From positions 222,016-286,015 of the forward strand of contig PGXV01000005.1 of NCBI GenBank assembly GCA_002839315.1: 64,000 nt of DNA, written 5' to 3'. The DNA is from Spirochaetae bacterium HGW-Spirochaetae-3. Lineage in GTDB: Bacteria > Spirochaetota > Spirochaetia > Treponematales > UBA12059. This document shows positions 20,358-29,471 of this stretch, piece after piece. Numbering within the stretch: the first letter of the stretch is position 1; each line of letters begins with the position of its first letter. The notes under the pieces are model-generated. The model ran no database searches, was not told the DNA's origin, and saw only the letters and a program-made list of their open reading frames with translations. A program made the position numbers and the translations under genes.

Positions 20358-20870
20358 TTATTCGTCCTTTTTCGCCGACTCTTCGCCGGCACCAGTAGAA
20401 TCAGGCTTGGGATGCGAGGTCGAGACTGCTTTCACATAGATGTAGTAATCGTTGTCGGCGTCGTAGAAGGCCGGTATGTGCCCGATGGTCTGGAATCCGA
20501 TCGACTGGAAGAAGTCGTCCCCGATGGCGTTCTCCTTGACCTTGGACGTCTCTATCCTGATGACGGCGTACTTCTTGGACTGGAGGAGCCGTTCCTCGAG
20601 TAGCTCCACGAGCCTCGGGCCGACCGCCTTGTTCTGGTAATCGCGCCCTACGACGAATGTATGCACGTCGAAGGTGTAGTCGGTATTAGGGGCGCGGTAG
20701 TACAGGCAGAAGCCGGCCAGGATCGAGCCGTCCCGTAGCTCTATGAGCTCGAACGGCGAGCCGGGGTTTTCTTTCCACGTCGCTAGCGTCTCCTTGAGGA
20801 TATCGAGTTCGATATCCCTGTAGGCGCCCGTTTCAAGCGATACCAGCTCGTATTCACGAATGTTTATCAT
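20358..20870 (-). CDS. GNAT-family N-acetyltransferase
   Basis: ORF 20358..20990 trimmed to Met41 (170 aa; start uncertain). Acetyl-CoA loop-like VVGRDYQNKAVGPRLV. Its stop lies 3 nt upstream of the ROK kinase start. Confidence 0.6.
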   Translation of the reverse strand: MINIREYELVSLETGAYRDIELDILKETLATWKENPGSPFELIELRDGSILAGFCLYYRAPNTDYTFDVHTFVVGRDYQNKAVGPRLVELLEERLLQSKKYAVIRIETSKVKENAIGDDFFQSIGFQTIGHIPAFYDADNDYYIYVKAVSTSHPKPDSTGAGEESAKKDE

Positions 20871-21142
20871 GCCGTTCTTCCTTGCGAGCCCGCCGCCCTC
20901 GGCGTTTTTATTATTCATCCGATTAGATAATGCCATTACTATCCTAGTATATCGTATGTTAAATGTACACACGCAAGGTATAGTATGCATCTATAATGGC
21001 TTGTACATGAAAGGATTGGACGTTCGTTGTCAATTTTTACCCCTTTCAGGCCGAAATAGTATATGAGCCGAATACGAAGTGTTGGCGGACGTTTTCCACG
21101 CGGGAGCGCGAGAGTTGTCCTCCGAGGCAAGGATGGATTAAA

Positions 21143-22369
21143 GTGACGGAATATACGATACATAACGCCGACATTGCGAGCGGCGATACGATACGCGGCC
21201 GCGCTTCCGTATCGGTGAGCGGGAAGAAACTGACGTCGAACCGCGTCGCCGGCCCGGCTTTCGACCTCGGCGGTTCTTCGTTCGTATATCCCGCCCTGAT
21301 CAACGTCCACGATCATTTCCGCGGGAACTACCTGCCTCGCGTCGGTCCCAAGGACGATAAGTACTACCTGAACTGGGCCCCGTGGGACGCCGACCTCAAA
21401 TCGTCCCCGGTATTCGACGAACGGTCGAACATCAGCGTAGACCAGATGTATTTCCTCTCCGCGTACAAGAGCCTGTTCTCCGGCGTAGCCACCGCCAACG
21501 ACCACTTCCCGCACGAGATCAACGGCGTCTACCTTCCCAGGCTCCCCATCCGGGTCATCGAGGAATATTGCCTGTCCCACGAATGCTCGTCGTTCGACCT
21601 GCATTGGGGCGACGGTATCGAGATCGAGCATAAGCGGGCCCTGGAACGTAACTGGCCGCATATAACGCACCTGGAAGAAGGCTTCGATCCGGAGTCGCAG
21701 GACGGTATCCCCATCCTGGAGAAGCTCGGTTGCCTCGATGACCACGATGTGTTCATCCACTGCATAGGCTTCTCCGACGAGGATATCGGAAAGACGTCCA
21801 GGGCTGGCGCGTCCGTCGCGTGGTGCCCCGGATCGAATATTTTCATGTTCAACGTTACCTGCAAGATACGCAAGATGCTCGAGGCCGGCGTCAACGTCTC
21901 GATAGGCACCGATTCCACCGCGACCGGTTCCGTGAACCTGCTCGCCGAGATGAAGTTCGCCCGCGAGGTATACAGGGATATGTATGGCGAGGATCTGCCG
22001 GCCAAGACCGTCTTCAAGATGGTCACCGCCAATCCCGCGAAAGCCTTCCGAATGTCGGACCGCATCGGCGCCCTCGACCCGGGCATGAACGCCGATATAC
22101 TCGTCCTCAAGGCGAGGAAGGAAGAGCCGTACGAGAACCTCGCCGCGGCTACGATGGAGGACATCGAGTTCCTGTCCGTCGACGGCGCGCCGGTGCTCGC
22201 CGAGAAGCGCTTCGAGGAATTGCTTCCGGGGAACGGGGCCGACTACGAGGAGATCCGGATAGGGGGCAGGGCCATGTTCGCCAAGGGCGCGCCCGCCACG
22301 CTGTACCGCGAGATCCGCGATGCAGTAGGCTTCAAGAAACGTCTCGAGTTCTTGCCGTTCGATTGTTGA
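21143..22369 (+). CDS. metal-dependent amidohydrolase-superfamily protein
   Basis: 408 aa with GTG start. N-terminal INVHDHF metal-binding HxH motif; later GTDS and other amidohydrolase-type features. Substrate unknown. Confidence 0.7.
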   Translation: MTEYTIHNADIASGDTIRGRASVSVSGKKLTSNRVAGPAFDLGGSSFVYPALINVHDHFRGNYLPRVGPKDDKYYLNWAPWDADLKSSPVFDERSNISVDQMYFLSAYKSLFSGVATANDHFPHEINGVYLPRLPIRVIEEYCLSHECSSFDLHWGDGIEIEHKRALERNWPHITHLEEGFDPESQDGIPILEKLGCLDDHDVFIHCIGFSDEDIGKTSRAGASVAWCPGSNIFMFNVTCKIRKMLEAGVNVSIGTDSTATGSVNLLAEMKFAREVYRDMYGEDLPAKTVFKMVTANPAKAFRMSDRIGALDPGMNADILVLKARKEEPYENLAAATMEDIEFLSVDGAPVLAEKRFEELLPGNGADYEEIRIGGRAMFAKGAPATLYREIRDAVGFKKRLEFLPFDC

Positions 22370-22464
22370 CGATCGGCATGGCTTGATCGCCGTATATATA
22401 CTATAATGGCCGGGCGGCACGTCGCTTAGCGCCTTCGCCGTAATTTTGGAGCAATGAGGATACG

Positions 22465-23535
22465 ATGCCCAAGGTAGGGACATACCGCGCCAACTCCGTC
22501 ATTTACTTCCAGGGAGACCAGGGAGACAAAATTTACGTCCTCCAGCGCGGCAGGGTGAGCCTTAACTATAACGATATCGAAACGGGCAAGCTCATCCGCG
22601 AGATTATCCAGACCGGGGAGTTCTTCGGAGTCAAGAGCGCGCTCGGACGATACCCCCGCGAGGAGAACGCCGTCGTGCTTGAGGACGCCAACGTGCTCGC
22701 GTTCACCGTTCCCGAGTTCGAGGCGTTCTCCATGTCCAACACCAGGATCATCATCAAGATGCTCAAGGTGTTCTCCAACCAGCTCCGGCACATACACAAG
22801 CAGGTCGAGAACCTGATGGAGAATCCCACCGCGGTCAACGCGGAGATGGGCCTGTTCAAGACGGGCGAATACTATCTCCGTAGCCGCATGTATTCCCAGG
22901 CGCGTTACGTGCTTGGCCGTTACCTGACCTATTATCCGGCGGGGAAGATGGCCGAGCAGGCGGGGCGCTACCTGGAGACAGCCGAGGCCTCGCTGGCGAG
23001 GTACGGGGACGGCAAGGGCCCGGCCCCGCTCGCGGGCTCCCAGGCTTCCTCCCCCGCGGCGCCGTCGTCGCCCGGCTTCTCCGCGGATCAGGGCGGTCCG
23101 TCTTTCTCCTCCTCGCAGGCCGCGAAGCCTTCCGAAGGCGCGAGCCTGTCGGACGTCGCGAAGGAGTACTACAACGCGGTCAGCCTCTTCTCCCAGGAGA
23201 AGTACCAGGAAGCGCTGAAGGCGCTGAAGGCCATAGCCGACGGCGGGGACGATTCGGAGTACGTCGCGAAGGCCCAGTTCGACATGGGGCGCTGCCTCTT
23301 CGCGCTCAGCCAGTGGGACCTGGCCATCAAGCACTTCACCGGTATCGTCCAGAGCGCCCCCAAGCATCCGGACATGGCGGATATTTTGTATATCATGGGT
23401 CAATCGTGGGATAAGAAGGGCGACAAGGCCAGGGCGAAGGCTTTCTTCGCCAAGGTGCTGTCGATGCCGGGCGACGAGGACTCGAGCGCGCGCATCAAGG
23501 CCAAGAAAGCGCTCAACGCGTTGGGAGGAGCCTGA
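22465..23535 (+). CDS. cyclic nucleotide-binding domain protein with C-terminal TPR/YbgF-like repeats
   Basis: 356 aa. N-terminal cNMP-binding fold (IYFQGDQGDKIYVLQRGRV...FFGVKSALG), Ser/Pro linker, then TPR-like repeats. Confidence 0.7.
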   Translation: MPKVGTYRANSVIYFQGDQGDKIYVLQRGRVSLNYNDIETGKLIREIIQTGEFFGVKSALGRYPREENAVVLEDANVLAFTVPEFEAFSMSNTRIIIKMLKVFSNQLRHIHKQVENLMENPTAVNAEMGLFKTGEYYLRSRMYSQARYVLGRYLTYYPAGKMAEQAGRYLETAEASLARYGDGKGPAPLAGSQASSPAAPSSPGFSADQGGPSFSSSQAAKPSEGASLSDVAKEYYNAVSLFSQEKYQEALKALKAIADGGDDSEYVAKAQFDMGRCLFALSQWDLAIKHFTGIVQSAPKHPDMADILYIMGQSWDKKGDKARAKAFFAKVLSMPGDEDSSARIKAKKALNALGGA

Positions 23536-23536
23536 T

Positions 23537-24181
23537 ATGGCCGACCTCGCAGGATTCAGCCGTTTCGCGCGCACGTACCAGTCCGGAGAGATAATCTTCT
23601 CCGAGTACGAGCCCGGCGACAGCTTCTACCTCATACAGGCGGGCCGCGTCCGTATCACCAAGATAGTCGGCGATATCGAGAAGAATATCGATATACTATC
23701 GGCGCCCGAGATATTCGGCGAGATGGCCATCCTGGAAGGCGCGCCCCGCTCCGCCACCGCCATAGCCCTCGAGACCGTCAAGGTGCTGGAATTCAACCGG
23801 GCCAACTTCGAGATACTGATGATGGGGAACCCGCAGATCGCGCTCAGGCTCCTCAAGGTGTTCACCAAGCGCATATACGATCAGAAGCGCCGGTTCATGA
23901 TACTGACCCTGGACGATCCGCAGGCCAAGATCGCCGACGTGTTCCTTATGCTCGACGAGACCCAGGGCTCTACCGTACCGGGCGAGCAGCTCGGCGACAA
24001 GCGCGAATTCAAGGTAACCGTCGACGACGTCGCCCATTGGGCCGGTATGAATACCGCCGAGGTCCAGACCCTGCTCGGCCATTTCTTCAATCAGCACCGG
24101 GTCGAGCTGTTCCCCGACCATATCGTCGTCAAGAACATCAACGACTTCATACGCTTCGTCAATTCCAAGCGTAAGAAGTAG
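23537..24181 (+). CDS. Crp/Fnr-family cyclic nucleotide-binding regulator
   Basis: 214 aa. cNMP-binding motif (FYLIQAGRVRI...IFGEMAIL..PRSATA) plus a C-terminal HTH-like region. Starts 1 nt after the upstream stop, with a GGGAGGAG RBS. Confidence 0.75.
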   Translation: MADLAGFSRFARTYQSGEIIFSEYEPGDSFYLIQAGRVRITKIVGDIEKNIDILSAPEIFGEMAILEGAPRSATAIALETVKVLEFNRANFEILMMGNPQIALRLLKVFTKRIYDQKRRFMILTLDDPQAKIADVFLMLDETQGSTVPGEQLGDKREFKVTVDDVAHWAGMNTAEVQTLLGHFFNQHRVELFPDHIVVKNINDFIRFVNSKRKK

Positions 24182-24246
24182 GAGAGGGCCGAAATCCCGG
24201 CCCCTTGCATTTTCTGATCCGTTTCCTGTATAGTCTCGCCCGTATC

Positions 24247-24319
24247 GCCGAGATAGCTCACTTGGCAGAGCGGCGCACTCGTAATGCGCAGGTACCGAGT
24301 TCGATTCTCGGTCTCGGCT
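24247..24319 (+). tRNA. tRNA-Thr (anticodon CGT)
   Basis: 73-nt cloverleaf read by hand. Acceptor GCCGAGA/TCTCGGC, D arm GCTC..GAGC, anticodon stem GCGCA/TGCGC with loop CTCGTAA, T arm CCGAG-TTCGATT-CTCGG. CCA not encoded. Confidence 0.93.
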
Positions 24320-24360
24320 AAAAAAGCCGCGCGTCCCCCCGGGGATGCGCGGCTTTTTTT
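24320..24360. terminator. bidirectional rho-independent terminator (tRNA-Thr / adenosine deaminase)
   Basis: A-run, GC-rich hairpin AGCCGCGC..CCCC/GGGG..GCGCGGCT, then a T7 run. It lies between the tRNA 3' end and the stop of the convergent add gene. Confidence 0.8.
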
Positions 24361-24399
24361 GTGGCCGGACGCCCTCCGGCTCCCGCGTCCCGGGGCCTC

Positions 24400-25635
24400 T
24401 TACTCCGAATCCGCGTTTACTCCGTACTTCTCGGCTACCGCCTCGTAACGGGTTATCAGTCGCCGCACGTAGTCCCTTTTCTCGGCGTACGGGCCAGGGT
24501 AGAAGCTTCGCTTGAACCCGTAGACGATCATGTTCTTGAGGGCCTTGGGGCCTATGTCGAAATTCTCGACGGCCAGGCGTATCTCCTTGGAGACGGTCGT
24601 GTTCGATACGAGCCGGTTGTCGGTGCAAAGCGTCGTCGAGAGCCTTCGCTCGAGCATCCTGCCGAGCGAATGGTCCCGGACGTCGGTCAGCCACGGGTTG
24701 GTCTGCAGATTGCTCGTGAGGCAGACCTCTATGGTGACGCGCCGGTCGGCTATGAAGTTCGCGAGCCGATCGACGTACTCGCGCTTGTCGGCTATGCCGG
24801 GATCGGCGACCTTGTCGACGTCGAAGAGGAAGTAGCCGTGACCGAGACGATCGGCGTGGAGGTCGGTGATGGCCTGGAATATGCTCTCCGCCCCGTAGGC
24901 CTCGCCCGCGTGTACCGTCTTGTGCATGAAATTCTCGTGGACGAAGTCGAAGGCCTCGCGGAACTGACCCGCCGGATGGCCCGCCTCCTGTCCGGCTATG
25001 TCGAAGCCGACGATCGGGATACCGAGCTCGTCCCTGATCCTCACGACGCCGCGGGCGACTTCCGCGGCGGCCATCCTGATGACCTCGGCCGGGGCCGACT
25101 CGCCGTGCAGCGCGAAGAACGCGTCGTAGTACGGGGAATAGCCCGAGCCGCCGAACATGCGCATCGCGCAGGCGATTATCCCGTAGTCGAAGGGCGGGAG
25201 GCCTCCCTCGCCGACCTCGGGCCGGGCGTTGAATTCGGCCTTCGCGCGGCCAAGGCCCTTGTCGACGGCGGCGAGCACGCGTTCCATGGTCAGGCCGCGG
25301 TTGTCCATAAGGAGCTGAGGGGCGAAGCGAGGCTCGATGTAGCAGACGCCTTCTTCGATGTTGTCCATCGCGAGCTCGTAGGCGGCCCTCTCCAGGTTCT
25401 CGAGGTCGCGAAGGACGGCGCAGGTATAGGCGAAGCCTTCGAGGTATTCGGGCAGGTCGGCGTAGCTTTCCTTGAAAACGAGCTCGCGCATGCCCTCCTC
25501 GGTATACGAAGGCAGGTTCGTGCCGCCTTCCCGGGCCATCTCTATGAGGGAGGGCAGCCTGAGCGAGCCGTCGAGGTGCACGTGCAGGTCGGTCTTCGGA
25601 ATCTCCCGGATAAAGGCGTCGGGATATCGGCTCAT
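24400..25635 (-). CDS. add: adenosine deaminase-family protein
   Basis: 411 aa. N-terminal PKTDLHVHLDGS zinc-binding motif, HAGE and CTDN motifs of the adenosine/AMP deaminase family. GAGGAG RBS. Confidence 0.85.
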   Translation of the reverse strand: MSRYPDAFIREIPKTDLHVHLDGSLRLPSLIEMAREGGTNLPSYTEEGMRELVFKESYADLPEYLEGFAYTCAVLRDLENLERAAYELAMDNIEEGVCYIEPRFAPQLLMDNRGLTMERVLAAVDKGLGRAKAEFNARPEVGEGGLPPFDYGIIACAMRMFGGSGYSPYYDAFFALHGESAPAEVIRMAAAEVARGVVRIRDELGIPIVGFDIAGQEAGHPAGQFREAFDFVHENFMHKTVHAGEAYGAESIFQAITDLHADRLGHGYFLFDVDKVADPGIADKREYVDRLANFIADRRVTIEVCLTSNLQTNPWLTDVRDHSLGRMLERRLSTTLCTDNRLVSNTTVSKEIRLAVENFDIGPKALKNMIVYGFKRSFYPGPYAEKRDYVRRLITRYEAVAEKYGVNADSE

Positions 25636-25801
25636 GGTTCGCTCCTCGAGTCGGGGGTGGGTGGCTTCTAGTCTAGCCCCCTTTTCACCTAACGTCGAGG
25701 CGACGACCTTGTGCTATTACGCTTTCGGTGTATTCTTATGTCTTGGGCGTAGCCGCTACCGCGCGCGCCTGGGACGAACGACGAGCGGAGGAGTTCTGCA
25801 C

Positions 25802-27388
25802 ATGCCCGAAGGAACGCGGAGATCGAAATCGCAGGGGCTCGCGGGTCAGGACGCGTCGCAAGACGCCGCGGGATCCCCCGAGACGGAAGCCGAGATTCAG
25901 AAGCGCCTGCTTTCGTCGATAATCGAGCTTTCCTCCAGCGCTATCTTCGCCAAGGATCTCGAGGGCCGGTACGTGGTGGCCAACGCGGCCTGTGCGGATA
26001 TTTTCAGCCTCCCGGCCGAGATGGTCATAGGGCGGACGGACGCGGAGCTCGTACCGCCCGATACGGCGAAGGCTTTTAGCGATACCGACGCGATGGCAAT
26101 ATCGTCGGGGCGCGTCCAGGAACTGATCGAGAGCCTTGCTGTCGGGGAAGAAAAGCGATCGTATCTCGTTAGGAAGGCCCCCTGGCGCGACGCCTCCGGC
26201 GCTATAGTCGGTAGCGTCGGCATATCGCGGGATATTACGGCCGTGGTCAGAGCCGAGGCCGAGGTCAATCGGAATAGGGAACGGCTCGAGCGCTTGGTCG
26301 ACATACTGCAGCATCCCGCTAAGACGGCTCAGGAATTCCTCGATTTCGCCCTGGCACAGGCCATAGCGCTGACGGAGAGCGCGATCGGCTATATCTATCG
26401 CTACGACGAGCCCCGCTGGGAATTCGTCCTCAACTCCTGGTCCAAGGGCGTCATGGACGCTTGTACCGTGATGAATCCGTCCACTCGGTACGAGCTGGAC
26501 AAGACGGGAATCTGGGGCGACGCGGTCCGTGAGCGCAGGTCCATAGTCGTTAACGATTTCGAGGCGCCCGACAGCCGCAGGAAAGGCTACCCCCGAGGCC
26601 ACGTCCCGCTTAGGCGATTCATGACAGTTCCCGTGTTCCGGGACGGAACCATAGTCGGGGTCGTGGGGCTAGCCAATAAAGAGGCCGATTACGATCCGAC
26701 AGACGTCCTGCAGGTGTCGTTGCTTATGGACGTCGTATGGAAGGTCACCGAGCAGAAGCAGAACGAGGAGCGCATACGGGAATTGCTCGAGGAGAAGGAA
26801 CTGCTGCTCAAGGAAGTGCACCATAGAGTCAAGAACAATATGAACACTATCCTCAGCCTCCTGTCTCTCCAGGCCGGAGCGATGAAGGACCGGGCTGCCA
26901 TAGAGGCGCTCGGGGATATGGAGAGTCGCGTACGGAGCATGTCGGTGCTCTACGATAAGCTCTATCGCTCAGACCATTTCCAGAGTCTCTCCATCGCCGA
27001 TTACCTGTCCTCCCTCGTCGACGAGATAGTCGCCGTCTTCCCCGAGCGCGTCAGGCTTACCGTAGAGAAGCGTATCGACGATTTCGCATTGGAAATAGCC
27101 AAGATCCAGCCGCTCGGAATCCTCATAGGCGAGCTCCTTACGAACGCCATGAAGTACGCGTTCGCCGGCAGGGAGGAGGGCTCGATACTGGTGGCCGCCT
27201 CGATGAAGGACGGGACGGCCACGGTGGTCGTCCGGGACGACGGCGTCGGGTTGCCCGAGGAACCCGGGCCGGGCTCGTCGGGCGGGTTCGGGCTGCTGCT
27301 CGTCGAGTCGTTGGCTAGCCAGATGGGCGGGACCCTGAGCATAGACCGCGAAGGCGGAACCAGGGTCGCTCTGGAGTTTCCCATATAG
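25802..27388 (+). CDS. PAS-GAF sensor histidine kinase (HisKA_2 type)
   Basis: ORF 25472..27388 trimmed to the ATG at 25802 (GGAGGAG RBS; 528 aa). PAS-like segment and GAF-like segment (FMTVPVFRDGTIVGVVGLANK). HHRVKNNMNTILSLLSLQ phosphoacceptor box and a HATPase_c tail (GGFGLLLVESL). Confidence 0.8.
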   Translation: MPEGTRRSKSQGLAGQDASQDAAGSPETEAEIQKRLLSSIIELSSSAIFAKDLEGRYVVANAACADIFSLPAEMVIGRTDAELVPPDTAKAFSDTDAMAISSGRVQELIESLAVGEEKRSYLVRKAPWRDASGAIVGSVGISRDITAVVRAEAEVNRNRERLERLVDILQHPAKTAQEFLDFALAQAIALTESAIGYIYRYDEPRWEFVLNSWSKGVMDACTVMNPSTRYELDKTGIWGDAVRERRSIVVNDFEAPDSRRKGYPRGHVPLRRFMTVPVFRDGTIVGVVGLANKEADYDPTDVLQVSLLMDVVWKVTEQKQNEERIRELLEEKELLLKEVHHRVKNNMNTILSLLSLQAGAMKDRAAIEALGDMESRVRSMSVLYDKLYRSDHFQSLSIADYLSSLVDEIVAVFPERVRLTVEKRIDDFALEIAKIQPLGILIGELLTNAMKYAFAGREEGSILVAASMKDGTATVVVRDDGVGLPEEPGPGSSGGFGLLLVESLASQMGGTLSIDREGGTRVALEFPI

Positions 27389-27445
27389 GCGCGCGTCCCT
27401 GCGCGCCGCCGCTTCACGCTCGGCGGCGCAGTAGGGCCCCGAACG

Positions 27446-28840
27446 CTATTCGGCCGGCGTTAGTTCCACGGTGAAGTGGCGCATGATGGGGGCCTCGCGG
27501 ACGATGCGATAACCGCGGCGGATCGACGCCGCGCGCTCCTTGACGTTGGCCAGGCCGGCGGCGATGTACTTCATATGGTCGTTCGTGTAGGTTCGCCTCG
27601 GTATCGCCAGGCGTAGGAGCTCGAGCGCCGGGTATCGTTCCTCGCCCGTATCCGGATCGCGGTCCGCGAGCAGCGTCCCTATCTCTATGCCGCGAACGCC
27701 CGCTTCGAGGTATAGCTCGATTCCCAGCGTCTGCGCTATGAACTCCTCCTTCGGGACGGTCGGCAATAACCGCCTGGCGTCGACGAAGATAGCGTGGCCG
27801 CCGTAGGGCCGCTGCACGGCTATGCCGTATTCGGTGAGTAGCCCGCCCAGGTACGCCACCTGCCCGACGCGCGACTCGAGGTAATCGAGCTCGCAGGCCT
27901 CCTTGAGCCCTACCGACAGGGCGCCCATATCGCGGCCGGCCATGCCGCCGTAGGTATTGAAGCCTTCGAACATGATGTTGAAGGTGCTGGCCTTCTGCCA
28001 CAGCGCCTCGTCGCGGAACGCCACGAAGCCGCCTATGTTGACGATACCGTCCTTCTTGCTGGACATCGTCATGCCGTCGGCGTACGAGAACATCTCCCGT
28101 ACTATCGAGCGTACGTCCTTGTCGGCGTAGCCTCTCTCGCGCGTCTTGATGAAGTACGCGTTCTCCGCGAAGCGGGCCGAATCGAAGAACAGCGGAACGC
28201 CGTGCGTGCGGCACAGGGCCGATACGCCCTCTATGTTCTCCATGCTGACCGGCTGGCCGCCGGAGCTGTTGCAGGTAATGGTCAGGATACAGACCGGTAC
28301 GGCCTCGCGGGGGTGCGACTCGAGAACCGCCTTCAGCTTTCCCAGGTCGACGTTGCCCTTGAACGGGTGGTCCGCTTGCGTATCGAAGGCCTCCGCAATG
28401 GTGCAGTCGATCGTGCGGGCCTTGCGGAACTCTATGTGGCCCTTGGTCGTATCGAAGTGGCTGTTGCCCGGTACCACCTTGCCCGCGCCCGCGTCGCCGA
28501 CGCCTATAAGCGCGCTGAAGAGCACGTTCTCGGCCGCCCGGCCCTGGTGGCACGGTAGGAAGCTCGTGAAACCGAAGACCTCTTCTATCGAATCCTTGAG
28601 CTTGTAGTATGAACTGGCGCCCGCGTAACTTTCGTCGCCTAGCATCATTTCCGCCCATTGCGCGCTTGACATCGCGCCGGTCCCCGAGTCGGTCAACAGG
28701 TCGATATAGACTTGTTCGCTTCTCAGGTTGAACAGGTTGTACTTGGCCTCGCGTATCCATGCGGCGCGGTCTTCGCGAGTCGATCGCCTGATCGGTTCTA
28801 TCGTCTTCATTCTGTACGGTTCGGCCCAGGGCAGTTCCAT
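27446..28840 (-). CDS. tryptophanase / tyrosine phenol-lyase family beta-eliminating lyase
   Basis: ORF 27446..28864 trimmed to the ATG at 28840 (GAGGAG-N5 RBS; 464 aa). AEPYRMKTIEP N-terminus, DLLTDSGTGAMS, and PLP-lysine region MSSKKDG. I cannot discriminate TnaA from TPL by eye. Confidence 0.85.
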   Translation of the reverse strand: MELPWAEPYRMKTIEPIRRSTREDRAAWIREAKYNLFNLRSEQVYIDLLTDSGTGAMSSAQWAEMMLGDESYAGASSYYKLKDSIEEVFGFTSFLPCHQGRAAENVLFSALIGVGDAGAGKVVPGNSHFDTTKGHIEFRKARTIDCTIAEAFDTQADHPFKGNVDLGKLKAVLESHPREAVPVCILTITCNSSGGQPVSMENIEGVSALCRTHGVPLFFDSARFAENAYFIKTRERGYADKDVRSIVREMFSYADGMTMSSKKDGIVNIGGFVAFRDEALWQKASTFNIMFEGFNTYGGMAGRDMGALSVGLKEACELDYLESRVGQVAYLGGLLTEYGIAVQRPYGGHAIFVDARRLLPTVPKEEFIAQTLGIELYLEAGVRGIEIGTLLADRDPDTGEERYPALELLRLAIPRRTYTNDHMKYIAAGLANVKERAASIRRGYRIVREAPIMRHFTVELTPAE

Positions 28841-28875
28841 GGTAGCTCCTCGTTCTGGAATCACGTGACGGGCGC

Positions 28876-28904
28876 ATTCTACTCCTGGTCCGTTCGAGAG
28901 TCAA
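28876..28904 (-). promoter_or_regulatory. candidate promoter of the tryptophanase-family gene
   Basis: On the minus strand, TTGACT-N17-TAGAAT, ending ~35 nt upstream of the ATG. Confidence 0.5.
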
Positions 28905-28953
28905 AGGAATTCACGGTTAATTCTTTATGGTGTAGTTACTTATAGAAACATTG

Positions 28954-29024
28954 AAACTCAGTGGTCGCGATGAGGAGCGCCCGGCGTGATTTCATCGCGC
29001 GCGAGTTGTCAGTGGATCCTTGAT
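28954..29024. repeat. hairpin element sharing words with the dispersed repeat family
   Basis: AAACTCAGTGG-[8-bp stem CGCGATGA/TCATCGCG]-GAGTTGTCAGTGGATCCTTGAT. It shares the CAGTGGAT and GAGTTGTC words with the copies at 63.8 kb and 32.7-35.2 kb. Confidence 0.5.
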
Positions 29025-29236
29025 GCGTCGAGGTCTTCTCGGAAGGCTTCGGCCAGATTAGGGACGCTTCCGTAAACGGGGGGATTTCAAGGCGCTCTCC
29101 TGTTCGGGGGCGGCGGGTGCGTTAGGGCGTGGGGCCGATCGTCGGGGAGCTTCGTCTGGGCGATCCGCATATTTCCGATATGCAATACCTAGTATCCATA
29201 CTGATGCTACTGCTTTGTCCTGACAACCTCTCCCAC

Positions 29237-29265
29237 TTGATTCTGTCAGCGCATATCACTATACT
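29237..29265 (+). promoter_or_regulatory. candidate promoter of the EF-G paralog
   Basis: TTGATT-N17-TATACT, about 200 nt upstream of the ATG. Confidence 0.5.
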
Positions 29266-29471
29266 GCGACGCGAGTACGTTTCTTTCAATCAACCGCGCT
29301 TTCCGCGCTAAACCGATGCTTAAGCGAAGCACCCGCGAAGAACGTGGATGTCGCGTAAGGCTTTGGGCCTGTGGGAGCGGGCTCGCGACCCAACTAACAG
29401 AACGACGTAACTCGAGGACCGCGCCGGATTGGCGCGCGGACCATACCCTGTGCGAAGGTAGAGGCAAGAGC

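Noticed and set aside
20939-22483. 514-aa minus-strand ORF opposite the amidohydrolase gene. The same reasoning applies to 22426..23574, 24361..25671, 36153..37238, 36542..37837 and 41354..42331.
   Set aside because: All are antisense or off-frame to ORFs with recognisable domains. All show the Arg/Gly/Pro/Ala bias expected from wrong-frame translation of GC-rich DNA.
27414-28904. 496-aa ORF on the same strand as the tryptophanase-family gene but in another frame.
   Set aside because: The frame 27446..28864 encodes a full-length beta-eliminating lyase with a PLP-lysine motif. The alternative frame is Arg-rich nonsense.
28841-28904. TnaC-like leader peptide / attenuator upstream of the tryptophanase-family gene.
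   Set aside because: A good promoter (TTGACT-N17-TAGAAT) lies only ~35 nt upstream of the ATG. That leaves no room for a leader ORF and Rho-dependent attenuator.
29129-29311. 60-aa ORF in the tnaA/EF-G intergenic region.
   Set aside because: No RBS, and it spans the predicted EF-G promoter. Hydrophobic low-complexity translation; it is probably not coding.
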